Shown here: positions 58,183 to 64,000 of the stretch, in pieces
Position numbering within the stretch: position 1 is the stretch's first letter
How the letters are laid out: each line of letters starts with the position of its first letter
Origin: an uncultured Bacilli bacterium
Lineage (GTDB): Bacteria; Bacillota_I; Bacilli_A; RFN20; CAG-449
Length of the DNA stretch: 64,000 bases
Direction: 5' to 3'
NCBI GenBank assembly: GCA_947588815.1
Contig: CANQAG010000004.1
Location: forward strand, 26,193 to 90,192
The notes under the pieces: model-generated
What the model was told of the DNA's origin: nothing
What the model saw: the letters and a program-made list of their open reading frames with translations, nothing else
Databases searched by the model: none
Position numbers and translations under genes: made by a program

Positions 58183-58529
58183 TGGCAAGAGCAAAGAAAG
58201 CTGTTGAAGAAGTCGTTGAAGAAAGAAAATTTGCGGCACCTAAAGCCGAAGACTTCGATGTGATCATCAAACCGATCGTCACTGAAAAGACGATGAATCT
58301 TCAAAAAGAACAAAAGAAAATTACTGTTGTTGTTAAAAAAGATGCTAACAAAGCGCAAATCAAAATTGCGTTTGAAGCGATCTTCAATGTTAAAGTCATT
58401 GATGTAAAAGTCATGAATGTGGCTCCGAAAGCCAAGAGAGTCGGACGATATGAAGGTAATGTCAGCGGATACAAGAAAGCGATTGTAACTCTTGATCCAA
58501 GTGAAAACCTCGATGTCCTCAGTGAATAG
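58182..58529 (+). CDS. rplW: 50S ribosomal protein L23 (with ~20-aa Lys/Ala/Glu-rich N-terminal extension)
   Basis: 115 aa; conserved core KPIVTEKTM... Confidence 0.9.
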   Translation: MARAKKAVEEVVEERKFAAPKAEDFDVIIKPIVTEKTMNLQKEQKKITVVVKKDANKAQIKIAFEAIFNVKVIDVKVMNVAPKAKRVGRYEGNVSGYKKAIVTLDPSENLDVLSE

Positions 58530-58572
58530 CCCGAATGCGGCGATCTAAAAAATAAATATAGGAGAAAAAAAT

Positions 58573-59406
58573 ATGCCAATTAGAAGTTATAAGCCGACGA
58601 CACCATCCCGTCGTCACATGACTAACTCTACGTTTAGCGAAATTACTACTAGTACTCCTGAGAAAAGCTTATTAGTTTCACTTTCAAAAACTGGAGGTCG
58701 TAATAATACTGGAATGATTACGACTCGCCATATCGGCGGTGGTCATAAAAGAAAATATCGTATCATCGATTTCAAAAGAAATAAAGATGGTATTCCAGGC
58801 AAAGTAAAAACGGTCGAATACGATCCGAATAGAAATGCTAACATCTGCTTAATCAATTATGTAGATGGTGAAAAAAGATATATTTTAGCCCCTAAAGGAT
58901 TGGAAGTTGGAGATACCGTCGTTTCTGGCGAAGAAGTCGACATTAAAGTCGGTAACGCCTTAGAATTAGGAAATATTCCAGAAGGTACTATGGTTCACAA
59001 TGTGGAACTTTCACCAGGTAAAGGCGGACAACTCTGTCGCGCTGCTGGAACTTCCGCGCAAGTCCTTGGTAAAGAAGGAAAATACGTTTTGGTTCGTCTT
59101 GCTTCTGGGGAAGTAAGAAAAGTGTTAGCCAAATGTCGTGCAACTATCGGTGTTGTCGGAAATGAAGATTACAATTTGATTAATTTCGGCAAGGCCGGTA
59201 AATCGAGATGGTTAGGTGTTCGTCCGACTGTTCGTGGTTCTGTTATGAATCCGAATGACCACCCACATGGCGGCGGTGAAGGTAAATCGCCTGTCGGCCG
59301 TAGCGCACCACGTACTCCGTGGGGCAAGAAAGCTCTTGGTGTTAAGACTCGCGACACTAAGAAAGCCAGCAATAAATTAATCGTCAGAAGACGTAATGGT
59401 AAATAG
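58573..59406 (+). CDS. rplB: 50S ribosomal protein L2
   Basis: 277 aa; HIGGGHKR..., GGGEGK motifs. Confidence 0.95.
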   Translation: MPIRSYKPTTPSRRHMTNSTFSEITTSTPEKSLLVSLSKTGGRNNTGMITTRHIGGGHKRKYRIIDFKRNKDGIPGKVKTVEYDPNRNANICLINYVDGEKRYILAPKGLEVGDTVVSGEEVDIKVGNALELGNIPEGTMVHNVELSPGKGGQLCRAAGTSAQVLGKEGKYVLVRLASGEVRKVLAKCRATIGVVGNEDYNLINFGKAGKSRWLGVRPTVRGSVMNPNDHPHGGGEGKSPVGRSAPRTPWGKKALGVKTRDTKKASNKLIVRRRNGK

Positions 59407-59426
59407 AGAAAGAGAGGAAAGGAAAT

Positions 59427-59723
59427 ATGGCACGTAGTTTAAAAAAGGGTCCCTTCGTTGATGAACATTTAATGAAGAAAGTGGAAGCCCTTAATGCAGC
59501 TAACAAAAAAGAGTTGATCAAAACTTGGTCACGTAGATCAACTATCTTCCCACAATTCATCGAACACTCTTTCGCTGTTTACAATGGTCATGAATTTATC
59601 ACCGTTTATGTGACGGAAGATATGGTAGGACATAAGTTAGGAGAATTTGCTCCAACTCGTACCTACAAGGGACATACCGGTCATACTGCTGAAGATAAAG
59701 CAGCCGCGGCCGCTCGGAGGTAA
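59427..59723 (+). CDS. rpsS: 30S ribosomal protein S19
   Basis: [15 protein letters not shown]. Confidence 0.95.
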   Translation: MARSLKKGPFVDEHLMKKVEALNAANKKELIKTWSRRSTIFPQFIEHSFAVYNGHEFITVYVTEDMVGHKLGEFAPTRTYKGHTGHTAEDKAAAAARR

Positions 59724-59728
59724 TTAGA

Positions 59729-60061
59729 ATGCAAGCTATCGCAAAAGTTACTGGAGTTCGCGTTACTCCAAGAAAAGCTCGCTTGGTAATTGACCTTGTA
59801 AGAGGCAAGGATGTTGCTGAAGCTCTTGGAATTTTAGCCAATGTCAATAAATCGGCAACTACACCTGTTGTCAAATTAATAAAAAGCGCTGCTGCAAACG
59901 CAGTTAACAACAATAAGATGGATGAATCAAAGCTCTACATCGCCGAAATTTACGCTGGTGATGGACCACGTCTTAAAAGATTTCTTCCTCGTGCGAAGGG
60001 ATCTGCTTCATCACTTGTTAAAAGAACTTGCCACATCACTTGTGTGGTTAAAGAAAGGTAG
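59729..60061 (+). CDS. rplV: 50S ribosomal protein L22
   Basis: 110 aa, conserved. Confidence 0.95.
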   Translation: MQAIAKVTGVRVTPRKARLVIDLVRGKDVAEALGILANVNKSATTPVVKLIKSAAANAVNNNKMDESKLYIAEIYAGDGPRLKRFLPRAKGSASSLVKRTCHITCVVKER

Positions 60062-60069
60062 GAGAGCAT

Positions 60070-60759
60070 ATGGGACAAAAAGTTAATCCAGTAGGAATGA
60101 GAATCGGCATTAGCCGTGATTGGAATTCTAGATGGTATGCTAACAAAAAAGATTATGCTGCTTTCTTAAAAGAAGATATCCAAATCAGAAAGTATTTAAC
60201 TGCACAATTGAAAGACTCGCTGCTTTCTCACATTGAGATTGAAAGAATCAAAGAAACCATCAATGCGATGATCTTCACCGCTCGTCCTGGAATGGTTCTC
60301 GGTCAAGACGGAGCAAGAATTAAAGAGTTAAATAAAGCGGTTAATAAGTTAGTCAATAAAGACAAAAAAGTTAAAAAAGACGTTAAATTAGTCGTCGTTG
60401 AAGTCAAAAATCCTTCTTTAGACGCTAATATTATCGCGCAAGATATCGCTAAACAACTCGAAGATCGTGCTTCGTTTAGAAATGTTCAAAAGAAAGCGAT
60501 TCAAAGAGTTCTTAAAGCGGGTGCTGTCGGATGTAAGACGATGGTTTCGGGACGTTTGGCCGGTGCTGATATCGCACGTAGCGAAGGTTACAAAGAAGGA
60601 GTCGTTTCTTTACATACCTTGCGTCAAGATGTCGATTATGCTTTGGCTGAAGCTCATACCACATACGGAAGATTAGGCTGTAAAGTTTGGATCTCCCGCG
60701 GGGTTGTCAATTTAAAAGCCAAACCCGAAGAAACGAAAGAAGAAAAGAAAGGAGAGTAA
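60070..60759 (+). CDS. rpsC: 30S ribosomal protein S3 (acidic/lysine-rich C-terminal tail)
   Basis: MGQKVNPVGMRIGI, KH domain. Confidence 0.95.
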   Translation: MGQKVNPVGMRIGISRDWNSRWYANKKDYAAFLKEDIQIRKYLTAQLKDSLLSHIEIERIKETINAMIFTARPGMVLGQDGARIKELNKAVNKLVNKDKKVKKDVKLVVVEVKNPSLDANIIAQDIAKQLEDRASFRNVQKKAIQRVLKAGAVGCKTMVSGRLAGADIARSEGYKEGVVSLHTLRQDVDYALAEAHTTYGRLGCKVWISRGVVNLKAKPEETKEEKKGE

Positions 60760-60765
60760 TTCCAA

Positions 60766-61182
60766 ATGTTACAACCAAAGAGAGTTAAATACAGAAGACC
60801 TCATGGAATCAAATACGAAGGCTTGTCCAAAGCCGGTAATGAAGTATCATTCGGTGAATTCGGTCTCCAAGCTATCTCCGGTAACGAGATTAACTCCCGT
60901 CAAATTGAAGCGGCGCGTATTGTGTTATCCCGTTACACTAAAAGAACCGGGCAGATTTGGATTAGAATCTTCCCACATTTGGCCAAAACCAAGAAACCTG
61001 CAGAAGTTCGTATGGGTTCTGGTAAAGGTAGCCCAGATTCTTGGGTTGCAATCGTTAAAACTGGTCGTGTGATGTTTGAAATCGGTGGTGTTCCTGAAGA
61101 AGTGGCTCGTGAAGCTTTACGCTTGGCAAGCTACAAACTTCCGATTAAAACTCGCATTATCGCGAAAGGAAAAGGTGAGTAG
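60766..61182 (+). CDS. rplP: 50S ribosomal protein L16
   Basis: [13 protein letters not shown]. Confidence 0.95.
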   Translation: MLQPKRVKYRRPHGIKYEGLSKAGNEVSFGEFGLQAISGNEINSRQIEAARIVLSRYTKRTGQIWIRIFPHLAKTKKPAEVRMGSGKGSPDSWVAIVKTGRVMFEIGGVPEEVAREALRLASYKLPIKTRIIAKGKGE

Positions 61183-61184
61183 TT

Positions 61185-61382
61185 ATGAAATTAAGTGAAA
61201 TCAGAGAGCTTTCAACTGAAGAACTCAACGAAAAAGCTTATGAATTAAAACAAGAGTTGCTCACACTTCGCTTCCAACACGCGACAGGACAACTCGATAA
61301 AGGCAAAAAATTAACTGAAATTCGTAAGACAATCGCTCGCATTTACACGGTGCTTAAAGAGCGTGAATTAGGATTAAATTAA
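61185..61382 (+). CDS. rpmC: 50S ribosomal protein L29
   Basis: 65 aa; [10 protein letters not shown]. Confidence 0.9.
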   Translation: MKLSEIRELSTEELNEKAYELKQELLTLRFQHATGQLDKGKKLTEIRKTIARIYTVLKERELGLN

Positions 61383-61396
61383 GGAGGAACTAAATC

Positions 61397-61663
61397 ATGG
61401 AAGAAAGAAATTCAAGAAGAGTCCTACAAGGTGTAGTTGTCTCCGATAAAATGGACAAAACCATCACGGTTTTGGTTGAAACTCATAAACGCCATCCGAT
61501 GTATGGTAAACGTGTTAAATATTCAAAGAAATACAAAGCCCACGATGAACAAAACGAAGCGAAGATGGGAGATGTTGTTACCATTATGGAAACTCGTCCG
61601 CTTTCCGCAACTAAACGCTTCCGTTTATTGAAAGTAGTCGCTAAAGCTGAAGAAGTTAAATAA
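61397..61663 (+). CDS. rpsQ: 30S ribosomal protein S17
   Basis: 88 aa; [14 protein letters not shown]. Confidence 0.95.
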   Translation: MEERNSRRVLQGVVVSDKMDKTITVLVETHKRHPMYGKRVKYSKKYKAHDEQNEAKMGDVVTIMETRPLSATKRFRLLKVVAKAEEVK

Positions 61664-61680
61664 AAGGAGGATTTACGAAT

Positions 61681-62055
61681 ATGGTTCAAACTGAAACAAA
61701 TTTAGTGGTAGCCGACAATTCGGGTGCCAAATCGGTTCGTATCTTCCGTTTGTACGGCGGAAGTCACCGCAAATCTTCTTCGATCGGCGATATCGTTCTT
61801 TGTGCAGTTAAATCTGCCATTCCAAACGGTAAGGTCAAGAAGGGTGATGTCGTAAAAGGCGTCATTGTCAGAACAAAAAAAGGTATCAACAGACCAGATG
61901 GTTCCTATGTCCGCTTTGATGATAATGCAATCGTTTTAATTAACGATGACGGATCTCCTCGCGGTACGAGAGTTTTTGGGCCCATCGCCCGTGAACTTCG
62001 TGACAAAGGTGAAGGATTTATGAAAATTATTTCCTTAGCACCTGAGGTCTTATAA
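61681..62055 (+). CDS. rplN: 50S ribosomal protein L14
   Basis: [17 protein letters not shown]. Confidence 0.95.
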   Translation: MVQTETNLVVADNSGAKSVRIFRLYGGSHRKSSSIGDIVLCAVKSAIPNGKVKKGDVVKGVIVRTKKGINRPDGSYVRFDDNAIVLINDDGSPRGTRVFGPIARELRDKGEGFMKIISLAPEVL

Positions 62056-62066
62056 GGAGGTTTATC

Positions 62067-62375
62067 ATGAAGATTAAAAAAGGTGATAAAGTTATCGTTA
62101 TCGCAGGTGCGGATAAAGGAAAGGTCGGAGTTGTTCAAAGAGCTTTCCCAAAATTAAACAGAGTCGTTGTCGATGGAGTTAACACCGTCATCAAACACCG
62201 CAAACCCAAACAAAACAACGCCGAAGGTTCACGTGTTGAAATGTATGCTCCAATCGATGTTTCCAATGTCGCTATTTACGATGCCAAGACTAAAAAAGCG
62301 ACTAGAGTTTCATATCAATTTGTCGATGGCAAAAAGGTTCGTGTTACTAAAAAGAGCAACACGAAATTAGATTAA
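62067..62375 (+). CDS. rplX: 50S ribosomal protein L24
   Basis: MKIKKGDKVIVIAG. Confidence 0.95.
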   Translation: MKIKKGDKVIVIAGADKGKVGVVQRAFPKLNRVVVDGVNTVIKHRKPKQNNAEGSRVEMYAPIDVSNVAIYDAKTKKATRVSYQFVDGKKVRVTKKSNTKLD

Positions 62376-62389
62376 GGAGGTAGTGAGTA

Positions 62390-63064
62390 ATGGCAACAGC
62401 AAAAAAAGAACCAGCAACCACTGAAGAAGTGAAAAAGCCGGCAGCCAAGAAAACGGCTCCTAAGGCAAAAGCTGAAGTTAAAAAAGAAACTCCAAAAACT
62501 AGTAAAGTATCAAGCGATAAATATGTCGCTCGATTAAAGAAAAAATATGATGAGGAAGTTGTCAAGGCTTTGATTGAAAAATATCAATACAAATCAGTGA
62601 TGCAAGTACCTCACATTGAAAAAATCGTCGTTAATGTCGGAGTCGGAGACGCAACTTCAAATTCTAAATTGCTCGATGATTCGGTTCGCGAATTAAGCGA
62701 AATTACCGGTCAAAAACCAGTAGTTACCAAATCTAAGAAATCAATTGCATCTTTTAAATTAAGAGAAGGAATGCCAATCGGATGCAAAGTTACTTTAAGA
62801 GGAACGAGAATGTATGAATTCCTTGATAAACTTGTTACGATTTCCCTTCCGCGTGTAAGAGATTTCCGCGGTGTCAGCAAAAATGCTTTTGACGGACGAG
62901 GAAATTATACATTAGGTGTCAAAGAACAATTGATTTTCCCGGAAATTGACTTTGACAAAGTTTCAAAGACTAGAGGAATGGACATCGTTATCGTTACGAC
63001 CGCTAACACCGATGAAGAAGCTTACACCCTTCTCGAGATGTTAGGAATGCCGTTCCATAAATAA
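62390..63064 (+). CDS. rplE: 50S ribosomal protein L5 with ~44-aa Lys/Ala/Pro-rich N-terminal extension
   Basis: 224 aa; conserved core from [11 protein letters not shown]...[16 protein letters not shown]; GGAGG RBS 9 nt before ATG 62390; no in-frame start codon at canonical position. Confidence 0.9.
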   Translation: MATAKKEPATTEEVKKPAAKKTAPKAKAEVKKETPKTSKVSSDKYVARLKKKYDEEVVKALIEKYQYKSVMQVPHIEKIVVNVGVGDATSNSKLLDDSVRELSEITGQKPVVTKSKKSIASFKLREGMPIGCKVTLRGTRMYEFLDKLVTISLPRVRDFRGVSKNAFDGRGNYTLGVKEQLIFPEIDFDKVSKTRGMDIVIVTTANTDEEAYTLLEMLGMPFHK

Positions 63065-63078
63065 GGAGGATAGAGAAA

Positions 63079-63264
63079 ATGGCAAAGAAATCAATTATCG
63101 CTCGCTGCAATCGTCCTCAGAAATTCAAAGTCAGAGAATATACTCGCTGTGAACGTTGTGGACGTCCGCATTCAGTCATTAGAAAATTCGGCTTATGCCG
63201 TATTTGCCTTAGAGAACTCGCTTATAAAGGTGAGATTCCCGGCATGAAAAAATCCAGTTGGTAG
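63079..63264 (+). CDS. rpsN: 30S ribosomal protein S14 type Z (zinc-binding)
   Basis: 61 aa; CxxC...CxxC (CERCGRP...CRIC). Confidence 0.95.
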   Translation: MAKKSIIARCNRPQKFKVREYTRCERCGRPHSVIRKFGLCRICLRELAYKGEIPGMKKSSW

Positions 63265-63282
63265 AATAGGAGGAATGAAAAA

Positions 63283-63675
63283 ATGATGACAGATCCAATC
63301 GCCGATATGCTTACAAGAATTCGTAATGCAAATCAAAATCGCGATGAAAACGTCTCGATGCCTTCTTCTACCATGAAAGTTCGGATTGCTGAAATTTTAA
63401 AAGAAGAAGGTTTCATTGTCGACTATAAAGTCGAAGGCGAAATAAAAAAGGTTTTAACCATTAACCTTAAATATGGTTATAAAGGAGCAAGAGCGATTTC
63501 CGGTTTAAAGAAAATCTCTAAACCAGGTCTTCGCGTGAATGTTCCAGCCGATAAACTTCCGCGCGTTCTTAATGGCTTAGGCATCGCCGTTGTTTCAACT
63601 TCAAAAGGTGTGATGACAGATAAACAAGCCCGCAAAAATGGCGTTGGCGGAGAAGTTATCGCTTATGTGTGGTAG
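63283..63675 (+). CDS. rpsH: 30S ribosomal protein S8
   Basis: [16 protein letters not shown]. Confidence 0.95.
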   Translation: MMTDPIADMLTRIRNANQNRDENVSMPSSTMKVRIAEILKEEGFIVDYKVEGEIKKVLTINLKYGYKGARAISGLKKISKPGLRVNVPADKLPRVLNGLGIAVVSTSKGVMTDKQARKNGVGGEVIAYVW

Positions 63676-63685
63676 GAGGTAGCGT

Positions 63686-64000
63686 ATGTCAAGAGTTGGT
63701 AAAAAACCGATTGTACTCCCGGAAGGAGTTAGCATTACTATCGATGGCCACGTGGTCGAAGTCAAAGGACCGAAAGGTACTTTAAAAAGAGAATTTCCGA
63801 AAGAGCTTAAAATCGAATTAGAAGGCAATGTATTGACTGTTACTCGTCCCGATGATTCGATTAGAATGAAGGAACTTCACGGAACTTGCAGAGCTAATCT
63901 CAACAATATGGTTGTCGGAGTTAGCCAAGGGTTCAAAAAAGAACTTGAAATCGTCGGTATCGGTTATCGTGCCGTGATGAGAGGTGAAGACATCGTTCTC
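63686..64000 (+). CDS. rplF: 50S ribosomal protein L6 (N-terminal part; continues past window end)
   Basis: ATG 63686 after GGAGG; MSRVGKKPIVLPEGV...; no stop before window end. Confidence 0.9.
   Translation, partial: MSRVGKKPIVLPEGVSITIDGHVVEVKGPKGTLKREFPKELKIELEGNVLTVTRPDDSIRMKELHGTCRANLNNMVVGVSQGFKKELEIVGIGYRAVMRGEDIVL

Noticed and set aside
62390-62530. Mis-called start for rplE producing an artificial extension
   Set aside because: There is no alternative in-frame start codon near the canonical L5 N-terminus, and a strong RBS precedes 62390. The extension was accepted as genuine.
1-64000. CRISPR arrays, rRNA genes, IS elements
   Set aside because: No regularly spaced direct repeats were seen. 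No rRNA-like conserved blocks or transposase/integrase-like ORFs were detected.

Overview
This 64 kb window is a chromosomal segment from a low-GC, AT-rich Firmicute. It appears to use the standard genetic code, has a walled-cell gene set (murA, uppP), and carries r-proteins with Lys/Ala-rich extensions; the assignment to an Erysipelotrichia/Bacilli-like lineage is inference only. Gene density is high and most neighbouring genes are separated by clean rho-independent hairpins, several of them shared by convergent genes.

Content in order:
- 1-26.1 kb: housekeeping and envelope genes. These are a partial comFC, cspA-like, an M29 aminopeptidase, a Ca-type P-type ATPase, tandem DegV paralogs, a 1250-aa helicase-related protein with degenerate ATPase motifs, a GNAT, a GT2 polyprenol-phosphate glycosyltransferase, tldD/pmbA, murA, a patatin-like phospholipase, a cyclodeaminase, a Cof hydrolase, uppP, an alpha/beta hydrolase and a nucleotide-sugar dehydrogenase.
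- 26.1-37.3 kb: a ~10.6 kb island between a terminator and an AT-rich spacer, read as one tightly translationally coupled operon. It consists of a small XRE-type HTH, an SNF2-family ATPase (~1080 aa) with a ~270-aa non-helicase N-terminal domain, a DUF4391-like 201-aa protein, a 144-aa unknown protein, a Type III Mod N6-adenine methyltransferase (DPPY motif), a RhuM-family protein inserted between mod and res, and a Type III Res helicase-nuclease. This composite Type III R-M-plus-SNF2/small-protein module is the best candidate for an unusual or under-described defence system in the window.
- 37.3-39.4 kb: a flavoprotein trio (Isf-like iron-sulfur flavoprotein, an ABM monooxygenase, a lipoprotein flavodoxin), then an amidohydrolase pseudogene interrupted by a single in-frame TAA and truncated.
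- 39.5-47.7 kb: a membrane protein, a GntR/TrkA-C regulator, a TrmH-family methyltransferase, a YolD-like/Y-family polymerase pair, an FNT-family channel, an acyl-ACP thioesterase, a solitary tRNA-Ala(TGC), and a two-component system pairing a His_kinase(PF06580)-type sensor with an OmpR-like winged-helix regulator.
- 47.9-52.1 kb: an HydABC-type putative electron-bifurcating [FeFe]-hydrogenase.
- 52.1-56.2 kb: an extracytoplasmic flavinylation module. It comprises a lipoprotein carrying two FMN_bind-like repeats that arose by a recent intragenic duplication, a Gx transporter, a NusG-domain-II protein and an ApbE-like FAD:protein FMN transferase.
- 56.3-64.0 kb: the S10-spc ribosomal protein operon, from a strong promoter and ~130-nt leader through rpsJ to a partial rplF, with an extended L5 N-terminus.

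No CRISPR array, rRNA gene, transposase or integrase was seen.
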